In this document: piece after piece, positions 28,105-37,377 of the stretch
Numbering within the stretch: position 1 is the first letter of the stretch
Layout of the letters: each line of letters starts with the position of its first letter
Assembly: GCA_016180805.1 (NCBI GenBank)
Contig: JACPAM010000109.1
Location: forward strand, 734 to 64,733
Source: Deltaproteobacteria bacterium
GTDB lineage: Bacteria > Desulfobacterota > Binatia > UBA9968
DNA length: 64,000 nt
Reading direction: 5' to 3'
Position numbers and translations under genes: made by a program
The notes under the pieces: generated by a model
The model's database searches: none
What the model was told of the DNA's origin: nothing
The model's input: only the letters and a program-made list of their open reading frames with translations

Positions 28105-29550
28105 CTAAGGATGCCGCGCGAGCAAAACCGACATGCCATCGCTCAGTTGGGTCATCTGTCCGAGGAACAAACTCGCCCGGGCGAAAAGAAAACAGTTCCG
28201 AGCTTCCCCCTCGGTCAATTCCCGGTGCGCATGGGGAAGATAAGCCAGGGCCGAAGCGATATGCCCCTGGGTCGGGGCAAAACCAGGAACCCCTTTTCGC
28301 TTCATGAAGTCCTGCATCTCAGAGCGCGCCATCTTACCGCCGGAAACCAAGACTGCAGCCAGCATCTTGTAGTTGCGCTCCGGGATATCGCCGCCGTTGG
28401 CCGGCACGGTGATCTCGGGATTGTGCAGCTCGGTCACGAATCTGTCCACAGAGGCTGCGGTTAAATCCAACCGCTCCATCGGCTCCAGCACGATCGCCTT
28501 GAGCTGCTTATCCAACGCCGCCCCTGACCGCACCGGGTGACGCCCCACGCTGGCGAGGTTGATTACCGGGCTTTTGCCATCGTCCCGCCCGATCCAAACC
28601 GCGGCCGCAGCCAGCACGTCCTCGAGCACCGGCATGCCCTTCTCCAAATGGTAGAGAAATTTCATACCGAGTTTCGGGAGCGAGGCGCCGCCGACAACGA
28701 CGACGTTCTCAAAGACACCGCTGTGCACCAGCGCGGCTCCGGTCACGAGAGCCGGAATCGGGGCGGCGCAGAAGTTTTTGATGTCCATACCGGAGGCCAG
28801 CACGCAACCAGCAAACTCGGCCACGGCCTTGGCGAGATTGCCGCCGCCGCGCTGGTAGCGATCTCCGACCGCCTCCTCCGAACAGCTCAAGACGTAGTCG
28901 ACTTTCTGTTCCGAGAGCGCAGGATGGCGCATCAGGAGCTCGCGAACCGCCAAGGCCGCGGAAACCTTGACACAGAGATTCTCTAGCAAAACGTTCGCCG
29001 TAAGCGAGCCATCCTCATGATGCGCGTGTCTGATCCAGCCGATCGGTTGAGAATCGGTGCCGGTAAAGAGCGCGATCCCGTCCCCCTTGGCTATATCGGC
29101 GCGGAGCCGGTCGCGCGTGACGAGCGAGGGCGAGACTGTAGCCAAGGGCTGGAACAGCGGCACCGCCCGCAAACGCGGGCTGATATCCTGCCAAAAACCT
29201 TCAAATAAAGAAACGTGTTTGAAGACATCAGCGAGGGCCACAAGCCCGACGAAAGATCGCTCATCGATGAAATCGCCGAAGGCCCGACGATCGTTCGCGA
29301 GCGGTGATGGCCGCCCATACCACGGCCTTTCTACCTCGTAAAGGCTGGAGATGGGCGTCTGGCCAAGAAACACCCGGTTCGGCAAGTAAGCCTCGGCCTG
29401 TTCATGGGATTGGAGGCTCTTTTGAAGCTCATCAAGCCTCGAAGGGCGGTCTTGAATCTCCCGCCACGGCTTGGAGCCATAGCGGACGAGCCCGGGGGCG
29501 TGGATCAACACGCTGCTTGCGCCGTTAACAACGGGGGTGAAGCTCGCCAT
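28105..29550 (-). CDS. grdC: glycine/sarcosine/betaine reductase complex component C beta-subunit-like protein (GrdC)
   Basis: 481 aa. Blocks VLIHAPG, QRGGGNLAKAVAEFAG, KNFCAAP, NYKMLAAV, APTQGHI and GxxSLFLGQMT align with GrdC as recalled from memory. Confidence 0.65.
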   Translation of the reverse strand: MASFTPVVNGASSVLIHAPGLVRYGSKPWREIQDRPSRLDELQKSLQSHEQAEAYLPNRVFLGQTPISSLYEVERPWYGRPSPLANDRRAFGDFIDERSFVGLVALADVFKHVSLFEGFWQDISPRLRAVPLFQPLATVSPSLVTRDRLRADIAKGDGIALFTGTDSQPIGWIRHAHHEDGSLTANVLLENLCVKVSAALAVRELLMRHPALSEQKVDYVLSCSEEAVGDRYQRGGGNLAKAVAEFAGCVLASGMDIKNFCAAPIPALVTGAALVHSGVFENVVVVGGASLPKLGMKFLYHLEKGMPVLEDVLAAAAVWIGRDDGKSPVINLASVGRHPVRSGAALDKQLKAIVLEPMERLDLTAASVDRFVTELHNPEITVPANGGDIPERNYKMLAAVLVSGGKMARSEMQDFMKRKGVPGFAPTQGHIASALAYLPHAHRELTEGEARNCFLFARASLFLGQMTQLSDGMSVLLARHP

Positions 29551-29555
29551 CCTTC

Positions 29556-29700
29556 AAAACTCTCCGGCATTCCTTCGAAAGCTCCTCGGGGCCGAGCCGC
29601 CTCAGGCGACCGAGCAGAGGGCTTCGGGACTCCCTTCGCTCCACGGGACTGCGCGACGCGACCCCAGTTTGGTCTATTTCGTCATTTAGTCTTTGCATCG
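29556..29700 (+). repeat. structured intergenic repeat family, copy 4 (partial/divergent), inside the grd cluster
   Basis: Shares CTTCGAAAGCTCCTCGGGGCC..GCCGCCTCAGGCG with copy 3. Inserted between grdE and grdC. Confidence 0.55.
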
Positions 29701-29785
29701 ACCGAATGACCAAACGACCAGATAGACCAAAAACCACCCGGCGTAGTCCATCGTCCACGGGCTTCTTTCTCGTCCCTGCGCCGCC

Positions 29786-31090
29786 TCAGTAGGCTCTACA
29801 GGTCCACGACTGCCTTCCCCAATTGTCGACTCCGCCGATCACCATATCGCGCGCATCGAATGTCAGAGGGCCGCTCGCGGGCGTCAGGGGCGCCCCGGGA
29901 TAATTGAGCACCCGGATCTCCTCGTAGGGGCCGATGACTTTCTCCGGCGCCGGCAGCTCCACCCAACGATCGCGGCTTCCTGTGCTGACAACGGCCTGAG
30001 CCTCGGGAACGTAATAGAGCAGCGGGGAGTCGACCCCGTCTTTGCCACCATACTCGTAAGTCACGAGCACTGTTTTGATGCCGCGCTGCTCGCAGGCCCT
30101 AAGCGTGAGCATAACATCGACGAAGGCATTTCCCGAACCCAGCCAGGTCACCACGGCGCCGTCGGCGCCGAGGGTTTTTGCTAAATGCGCCGCGTTGTGC
30201 GCCGTGACCTCCTTCCCGTGATAGGTCTCGAAGCGGACCCGCTCGAGCGCGACGCCGGCAAAATTAAGCTCTTTTCCATGACGCCGATAAAGCTCCATCG
30301 CCAGGGCATGATTTTGCCAATCCCAGGTGTTCGGAAAGTAGCCGATCCCTCGCGTGGTATTGACCGTCACCGCGCCATCCAATAGCTCGTTGGGATGGGC
30401 GAAGGTCGCCAGGGAATCCCGGATCGACAAACCGTAGTAGGCAACACCCGAGTGGAACTGATGGGATTCGGTGAGACAACCCTGAATGAGCACGACCGTT
30501 GGCAGGTCCCGATTTTTTCTTGCCAGATCGTAGGTCTCAACCTTTTGGGGCTCCTTTCCGAGTGTCACCTCGGCCAGCCGCCGCGCCGCGTGAAGCTCGG
30601 CCTTCTGCACGGCCAGGTGAGCCTCCAGGTCGGGAAGACCCCCGGCAAGGCGCAGGATCAAGACCAAATTGACCAACGAGCCATAGCGCGAAATCTCCGC
30701 TCCCGCTCCCCACATATCGAGGACGGCGCTGCGCTGCACGCCGGTCCCGGCCCGGACTGCACCCTCGAATTCCGCCGTAGCCACCACGGCCATACCGGAA
30801 AGCCGGTGCGTTGTTCCCTCTCCGACTGGAGCCACCGGTCCAAGCACGCCGGGAAAAACCTGTCCGCTTCCTTGAGTCTTGACTCTCGGCTCAACAACGT
30901 CCCGGATCCCGGTGATTCTGACCTTCTCTCCCGGGTACGCGACTGCGACCTTCGCCTCCCGAATCCGCGGGTCTTTCAGCAGATCCCGGGCAAGCGTCTC
31001 TGCGTCTACCTCCAGAGTCCCGGACTGATACTGGAACTTATTTCCCAGAACGATCCTGCTTACCGGGAACTCTGCCAGGTCAAGTCGCAT
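29786..31090 (-). CDS. grdE: glycine/sarcosine/betaine reductase component B proprotein subunit (GrdE/GrdG/GrdI family)
   Basis: 434 aa. MRLDLAEF..., the block AYPGEKVRITGIRDVVEPRVKTQGSGQVFPGVL and ...LGADGAVVTWLGSGNAFVDVMLTLRACEQRGIKTVLVTYEYGGKDG match GrdE-family proteins as recalled from memory. Follows grdB by 15 nt. Confidence 0.65.
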   Translation of the reverse strand: MRLDLAEFPVSRIVLGNKFQYQSGTLEVDAETLARDLLKDPRIREAKVAVAYPGEKVRITGIRDVVEPRVKTQGSGQVFPGVLGPVAPVGEGTTHRLSGMAVVATAEFEGAVRAGTGVQRSAVLDMWGAGAEISRYGSLVNLVLILRLAGGLPDLEAHLAVQKAELHAARRLAEVTLGKEPQKVETYDLARKNRDLPTVVLIQGCLTESHQFHSGVAYYGLSIRDSLATFAHPNELLDGAVTVNTTRGIGYFPNTWDWQNHALAMELYRRHGKELNFAGVALERVRFETYHGKEVTAHNAAHLAKTLGADGAVVTWLGSGNAFVDVMLTLRACEQRGIKTVLVTYEYGGKDGVDSPLLYYVPEAQAVVSTGSRDRWVELPAPEKVIGPYEEIRVLNYPGAPLTPASGPLTFDARDMVIGGVDNWGRQSWTCRAY

Positions 31091-31105
31091 CCACCTTTTC
31101 TCGAA

Positions 31106-32437
31106 TCACACGGTCGCGGAAATGTTCGGATAGAATAACGTCGGCTGTTTAACCTCCGCATGGATGGCCTTGAGCGCGGTCTCCACGATCTCGCGTCTCA
31201 GCCGTGCATCGACCTCGGACGGCAGACTGGGATCACCGCACGGATGCGGAATGCTCACGGCTTTGACGATCCGGCTCGCTCCGACCTGCTCCGCGATCGG
31301 ATACATAGCGCTGATAATCGCCACCGGCAATCCCGCTCGATCAATTTCCTTGCTAATCACAGCACCGCTGCGACTGCACGTCCCTCAGGTCGCTACCAAT
31401 AGGACCCCATCGATCTGCTCCTTCTTGAGGTCGGCGGCGATCTCCTGCCCGATGCGCTTCATGACCGAGGGCGATCCCTGGTTCCCTGGAACGACGTAGT
31501 AGCTGTGGTAGAGGCGGAATCTTCCATCGGATTCCGACGCGCGCAACGCGTCGAGAGGCAATCCATAATGGGGGTTCTGATTCATGAACGCGACGTTGTA
31601 ACCGCCGTGAACTGCCTCCCACTTTCCCGGCTCCAAGACCTTCAATTCCGAAATATTGTACTTCTGCCAAAACGTGTTGCGGTAGGTCTTGAAACGGTCC
31701 GGATTGCCCCACGGCACCACCCCGCTAGTGGTAATCACGGCGATGGTCGCCTGCCGCTCCGGCGAAAGCGGCGGCGCCGGCACCGCGCGATCCCAGATTT
31801 GCACCGGAACTTCGGTCACGAAAGGCTCATTGCGGAGCCGTTTGAGAAGCATCTCGACGGCGCGCTCCACGCCGGGCCGGTCGGTCCGCTCGAGCCGCCG
31901 GATGCCCCGAGGGATATAGCCTTCTTCTCTCGCCGGTCCCAACTCCTCGCCACTCCCCAACCTGCAGGCGAATCCTGCCATCGCCATCAAAGCCTCGTTC
32001 ATCCCTGCAGCCGTCTCTCTAGTGGGCAGCAAATAGACGTTGAGATCGTGGTACCCGCGATAGGCGTCCACCGCGGGATTTTCCTCGTGCATCGCAGTCA
32101 CGCATGGAATTCCCAAACTCTCCGCCACGCCGTGACAAACCTCCACACAGCCGACCCCGTAGCGTCCAGAGTTGAAGGCGGGACCAGCAACGACCACCTG
32201 GGGCTTGCGGGAGCCGATTTCTTTGAGAATGGCGGCCTTGGCCTCTTCAGGGTGTTCGTGAAAGTAGTTGTCGCCGAAATAGATCGTCGCGACGACCTTG
32301 CCCTTATCACCGAGCTGTGCCTGTAAGCCACGCGCCGCTCCCGTCGCGCCCTCGGCTGTCCCCACGGGCACTCCCGCCTTATCCTCGCCCCCCAGACCGG
32401 CGAAGAATTGATTGATGACGTGGACAACAGTGACCAT
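31106..32437 (-). CDS. grdB: glycine/sarcosine/betaine reductase selenoprotein B (GrdB/GrdF/GrdH family), in-frame TGA = selenocysteine at 31385-31387
   Basis: ATG 32437 with an AAGGAGG SD. MVTVVHVINQFFAGLGGEDKA...AGPAFNSGRYG... runs to ...DGVLLVAT-TGA(U)-GTCSRSGAVISKEIDRAGLPVAIISAMYPIAEQVGASRIVKAVSIPHPCGDPSL... This reproduces the conserved ...T-U-GTC..GA motif and C-terminal tail of GrdB. The ORF track splits it into 31385..32437 and 31106..31360. Confidence 0.85.
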
Positions 32438-32654
32438 GATCGTTACCTCCTTGCGCTGTTTACCCCAGCCACCGAGACTTTGTCAACGCTGCCGTTTTGC
32501 CTTGATTCCCGGCTCTTTCGGGGCCTATAGTGACCCGCGTAAGCCCGGCAGTCTCAAAGGAGGAAGCTATGTTTCCCCATCGCAAAAATTTCAACTTGAA
32601 ACGGCAGACAAAAGGGACAATGGCTGAGACTGATTTAAGCAAGGAGGGCACGAA

Positions 32655-34070
32655 ATGGCCAAGGATATGCGAACTTTTATCGATCAGGTAGTCCGAGAAC
32701 GTCCGGGGGAAATTTTGGTCGTCAATGAAGAGGTAGACCCAAAGTTTGGGATAACGGGAATAGCTTCTAAGCTGGCTAGCCGGAATCGTTTCCCCGCGGT
32801 CTTGTGCCGCAAAGTCCGAGGGTCGCAGTTGCCCGTCATTATTAATCTCACTGCCAGCTATGAGCGGTTGGCTTTGGCTCTCGGGACGACAATGGCGAGC
32901 ATGGTTCCAGATTACGCCAACCGTCCTTCAGCCAAGATCCAACCGAAGATCGTCGAAAGATCCAAGGCGCCGGTGAAGGAGATCATTCTCAAGGGAAAGG
33001 AAGCCAGGATGTCAGTCTTGCCGGTTCCCACTCACAACGAGCTTGACGCCGGCCCCTATATCACCGGAGGTACTTTGATCTGCAAAGATCCCGATTCCGG
33101 TGCGTTGAATACCGGCATGTACCGGATACAGGTGCAAAAAGAGCAGCAGTTGGGAATTTGGATGTGGGACACCCATCATGGTGCTCATATCCGGCGGAGG
33201 TATGAAGAGCTGGGAAGGGAGATGGAGGTGGCCATTGCTATTGGCCACCATCCCGCTTACATCATGGCCGCTGTTTCTACGCTCCCGGGGATAGGCGGAG
33301 AATTGGAAGAGGCCGGAGCCCTTCTCGGCGAGCCTCTTGAAGTTGTGCCTGCTGAGTCTGTCGATCTGCCTGTCCCGGCCAGGGCAGAGATCGTCATTGA
33401 AGGCAAGTTGCCTCCGGGAGAACGAGCCTTCGAAGGGCCGTTTGCTGAATGGCCGGGGACCTACGTGGCGGAAGGAGATAAGCCTTTTATTAGAGTCACT
33501 GCTATCACGATGCGTAAGGATGCCATCTACTATGACGTTTTCAGTTCCAATCGAGAGCACACGGTTTTGGGCAGCCTTCCACGAATGGGGGTTATTTACC
33601 GCACTGTCAAACAGTATGCGCCAGGAGTGAGGAACGTAAATATTCCCAGCCATGGACGCATGTACTGCTACATCTCGATAAAGAAAGAATCGGAAATGGA
33701 CGTAAAAAGGGCCGCCATGGCAGCCCTCAATGTCGAGCCCTTCAATCTGAAAACAGTCGTGGTCGTAGATGATGACATCGATGTCTTCAATGATGCCGAG
33801 GTCCTTTGGGCTATTGGAACCCGCTGCCATATGGAGAGAGATCTGACGCTGGTTCCTCGATTGGCTGGTCCTGGAGGGCTGAATCCCGTGGGCTATGAGT
33901 TTCATCCTGACGGCAGCAAGACTCCCGTTATGATCTCAGCCCTTATTGTGGATGCCACGAAGCCGGCACCGCCGACCCCTTACCCGCCGAGAGCCAGAGT
34001 GCCGCAAGAAGTTCTTGATCGTATCGATCTCGGTAAGCTGCTTAAGGAATTCAAGGGATTTGAGTGTTAA
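32655..34070 (+). CDS. UbiD-family (prFMN-dependent) decarboxylase, paralog 2
   Basis: 471 aa. Divergent from grdB with a 217-bp intergenic region. Confidence 0.85.
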   Translation: MAKDMRTFIDQVVRERPGEILVVNEEVDPKFGITGIASKLASRNRFPAVLCRKVRGSQLPVIINLTASYERLALALGTTMASMVPDYANRPSAKIQPKIVERSKAPVKEIILKGKEARMSVLPVPTHNELDAGPYITGGTLICKDPDSGALNTGMYRIQVQKEQQLGIWMWDTHHGAHIRRRYEELGREMEVAIAIGHHPAYIMAAVSTLPGIGGELEEAGALLGEPLEVVPAESVDLPVPARAEIVIEGKLPPGERAFEGPFAEWPGTYVAEGDKPFIRVTAITMRKDAIYYDVFSSNREHTVLGSLPRMGVIYRTVKQYAPGVRNVNIPSHGRMYCYISIKKESEMDVKRAAMAALNVEPFNLKTVVVVDDDIDVFNDAEVLWAIGTRCHMERDLTLVPRLAGPGGLNPVGYEFHPDGSKTPVMISALIVDATKPAPPTPYPPRARVPQEVLDRIDLGKLLKEFKGFEC

Positions 34071-34147
34071 TGGACCGTCCTTAAATCAGCCCAAGAAGAG
34101 CTGAGATGAGAATGGAAAATAGAAGGGTCTGAGATAGGAGAGAGACG

Positions 34148-34834
34148 ATGTTAACGCTGTACGAGTTGCTCGGCGCCGATGACCGGCGTTTTAGCCCTTA
34201 TTGCTGGCGCACGCGTATGGCGCTTGCCCACAAGGGACTAAAGGCGGAGATCATACCCTGTAAATTTACCGACAAGCACCTGTTTGCCTTCAGCGGGCAA
34301 GACAAAGTGCCTGTCCTTAAGGACGGCGACAGGGTGGTGTTCGATTCCTGGGACATCGCCTGTTATCTAGAAGACACTTATCCTGACCGGCCGTCGCTAT
34401 TCGGCGGCCCGGTAGGCCGTTGCGAGGCGCGCTTTTTCAACGAGTGGGCCCCTACCTTGAGCCGACTGTTTCTCCTGACCGTCATCAAGGACATCTTCGA
34501 CCATGTTCATCCGGACGATAAGGCTTACTTCCGCTTAAGCCGCGAACAGCGCTTTGGGAAGAGCCTGGAGCAACTAGGAGCTGAGAGCGATAACCACCGC
34601 GCCGCTATCGATGCGGCCATGGCGCCGCTTCGGGCAGTACTGGAGCACCAGCCGTTTTTCTGCGGCGATGCGCCGGCCTACGCGGACTATATCGTCTTCG
34701 GCCACTTTCAGATGGTCCGCAGCATCAGTCCCAAACGGTTTGTGGAAAAAGGAGACGCCTTGTACGAGTGGCGTAGCCGCATGCTGGATCTGTTCGACAG
34801 CCTCGGCCGTAGTGTAAATGCTTATCCTGAATAG
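34148..34834 (+). CDS. glutathione S-transferase family protein
   Basis: 228 aa with a thioredoxin-like N-domain and helical C-domain pattern. Confidence 0.65.
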   Translation: MLTLYELLGADDRRFSPYCWRTRMALAHKGLKAEIIPCKFTDKHLFAFSGQDKVPVLKDGDRVVFDSWDIACYLEDTYPDRPSLFGGPVGRCEARFFNEWAPTLSRLFLLTVIKDIFDHVHPDDKAYFRLSREQRFGKSLEQLGAESDNHRAAIDAAMAPLRAVLEHQPFFCGDAPAYADYIVFGHFQMVRSISPKRFVEKGDALYEWRSRMLDLFDSLGRSVNAYPE

Positions 34835-34926
34835 CGGAAACGCGCACCGTTTTTCAATTTTGGCGCTTCTTTACTGGAGTGCCCGGAACCGGCCGGTATA
34901 TCAGCCGGTAAAGAGAGGGACGGGAG

Positions 34927-35718
34927 ATGCCTTACACCATAGCTACCGGAATTAGAATCCATTATGAGATCTGCGGGGAAGGATTTCCCTTTGTGTTGGT
35001 TCATGCCAACCCCTTTGACCACGATCTCTGGACGTACCAGATCGCGCACTTTTCAACGTACTTTAAGATCATTGCCGTCGATATCCGCGGTTACGGGCGG
35101 TCAGATAAACCCACCCATGAATTCAGCCTTCGGGACATGGCAGAAGACGTCTTGGGAGTTTGCCGCCATGAAGAGGTCAAACAGGCGATCGTTGGCGGAG
35201 TGAGCGTGGGATCGGGCATTGCCCTTCTCCTGGGGCTCGACCACCCGGAGATGTTCAAGGCCTTGATCCTGGTAGGGGGAAGCAGCGGGGGCGGCGCTCA
35301 CACTGAGGAAAGGATTCACGGATATACTGAAATCGGCGTTGAAAAGTATCATATTCGACATTTGGAAGAGCTCGTGAGCCCCGAGTTTCCGAGGACAAAA
35401 CTCGGAAGGTATCTGCTCCAGATATTCGCCGAGCGGGGACCATGGCTCTCAGGGGAGTCGATCGCGCAAATCTTTCGCGCTCGCGCGGGCACCGACATGA
35501 AAACCCGCCTCAGTTCGTTAAAGGTTCCTACCCTGGTCATCAACGGAGAATTGGATAGCTCACTGGAGGCCGGCCGAAGGACAGCCTCCGGGATACCTGG
35601 TGCGATCCACAGAGTCCTTCCCGGAACCGGTCATGCGTGCTGTATAGAGGACCCCGCTGGTTTTGATGCCTTTGTGGTTGAGTTCCTAAGCGCACAAGGT
35701 CTGATGCCTTCAACCTAG
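34927..35718 (+). CDS. alpha/beta-fold hydrolase (3-oxoadipate enol-lactonase-like)
   Basis: 263 aa. GVSVG nucleophile elbow, HG oxyanion, C-terminal GH. Confidence 0.7.
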   Translation: MPYTIATGIRIHYEICGEGFPFVLVHANPFDHDLWTYQIAHFSTYFKIIAVDIRGYGRSDKPTHEFSLRDMAEDVLGVCRHEEVKQAIVGGVSVGSGIALLLGLDHPEMFKALILVGGSSGGGAHTEERIHGYTEIGVEKYHIRHLEELVSPEFPRTKLGRYLLQIFAERGPWLSGESIAQIFRARAGTDMKTRLSSLKVPTLVINGELDSSLEAGRRTASGIPGAIHRVLPGTGHACCIEDPAGFDAFVVEFLSAQGLMPST

Positions 35719-35961
35719 CCAAACAGATCCTTCTGGTCCCTACTCTATCTAAGGATCTCCTTGAGTTTCCCAATCAAGCTTGGATCGTGGATGCCCATCT
35801 GGATTAAAGGCCATACCCACGGCTTCTTCTGGCAGGTGGCTGAGGAAACCGACGCCTGGGTACAGGCTTGGATCGAGACCACCGGAGTTAGAAAGATTCT
35901 CTGATCGCCTAGCCGTTGCGCTCTTTTTCCTCACCTGAATTGCTGAACGAACTGGATCGAC

Positions 35962-37161
35962 TTATAAATCATTGGGCGCGAGTTGCAGACGGGCATCCTC
36001 CAAAAGAAACACTTTCAATCCGTCGGCAAATACCTGCACGCTGGCCCGAATATAGGGATGAGGATTCTCGCCAATTTCTTGCACAAACACCTCATAAACC
36101 ACGTGGCGCGATGCCGGATCGACCTGGCCACGGCATTTGAATCGCTGCGTATGCCCGGATACGGGTTCAAAGTGATGGCCATCACGCTCCAGCGAAAAGC
36201 CCATGTATAGCAGATAGAACGCCATAGCCTGCAGGCAGCCTTCAAGCATAAACGTCCCCGGCATCACGGGATCATTTTTAAAATGCACCTTAAAAAACCA
36301 TGTATTCGGATCTACATCCGCCTCCGCTCGAAGGTATCCACGTCCCCACGGCCCGCCTTTGAGATCAATGTTGCCAACCCGATCGAGAAAAAGGAGTCTA
36401 TCACCAGGCAGACGCGCTGGACGACGGTGGTCAGAAACTTCAAATTGTGGCCCGAAACAATGAGATAAACGACCTTTTGATAATGCGACTAACTGTTCCT
36501 TGTCGAAAGCCCGACGCTCGCAAGAAACGACGGGGGCGAGAAGAGGACCATCGAGCGCGATCCGATCTCTGTTCTTCAGAGGGTCCCAAAGGATGCCGCG
36601 GGCGCCAACAAGCTCCCCATGAGTGAAAAAACCTCCATTGCTATCGCCCTTTGATCTCAACTTCCCGCCGACAAAACATTGACACAGAAAGAACACAATT
36701 AGGGTTCCTTCTTGATTGACCAAACGGTTTAAACTGATTTTATGTCTTAGCTTATCACCAATCTTGGGAAGTCCGCCGTAAAACGTCACCTTAGAGCCTA
36801 AGAGGCGAAACCTCTTTGAACCGTTGTCGAGAAAGTCGATCCCCAACTTGCTGAGCAACAAAAGGATGCCCTGGCAGCATTCTGAATAAATACCCGGTGG
36901 AATGTATCCATCTTGTAGGTACCATTTGTCCTCCGTCAGATCCGTCTCGGATATGACAAATGAGCCTTCATAAACGCCGGGCCTTGCCTTTAGCTCTACG
37001 ATTCGATCTAACAACAAAAGAGGGGGACTTGGCAGTCGAATTCGTATAAGTCGATCATCCAAGATAGAGAATGCACTTCCAAAGAGGGTCGAAACTTTTC
37101 CTTCAGCATGAAACAACAAATCTTCAAACGAAAACGAAGCGGGCGCCGTATTCACTGTCAC
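35962..37161 (-). CDS. standalone tandem hot-dog (FabA/FabZ-like double dehydratase) protein, PUFA/polyketide-synthase DH-like
   Basis: 399 aa. Second half carries the HFKNDPVMPGTFMLEGCLQAMAFYL FabA/FabZ active-site motif, and the first half is a second hotdog fold. The region is visibly AT-richer (~48-50% GC) than its surroundings. Confidence 0.6.
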   Translation of the reverse strand: MTVNTAPASFSFEDLLFHAEGKVSTLFGSAFSILDDRLIRIRLPSPPLLLLDRIVELKARPGVYEGSFVISETDLTEDKWYLQDGYIPPGIYSECCQGILLLLSKLGIDFLDNGSKRFRLLGSKVTFYGGLPKIGDKLRHKISLNRLVNQEGTLIVFFLCQCFVGGKLRSKGDSNGGFFTHGELVGARGILWDPLKNRDRIALDGPLLAPVVSCERRAFDKEQLVALSKGRLSHCFGPQFEVSDHRRPARLPGDRLLFLDRVGNIDLKGGPWGRGYLRAEADVDPNTWFFKVHFKNDPVMPGTFMLEGCLQAMAFYLLYMGFSLERDGHHFEPVSGHTQRFKCRGQVDPASRHVVYEVFVQEIGENPHPYIRASVQVFADGLKVFLLEDARLQLAPNDL

Positions 37162-37377
37162 CTCTTCAGATCAAACCCAGAGGAAGCGCGCCATCTGAAG
37201 GTGTGCGTGGAATAGGTGAAACCGCCTGCGCGCGTCGATCCACGCCTGGAGCTCTCCAGGTATGCGGTGCTTGCTCTTCGCCATCGTTCCGTTTGTTCCT
37301 GACGAGCTAACACGTTGCGGTTCAGACACGCGCCGCTTGCGGCGTGTCGTCCTGCAAGCGGCGGTTAGACGCCTCTT

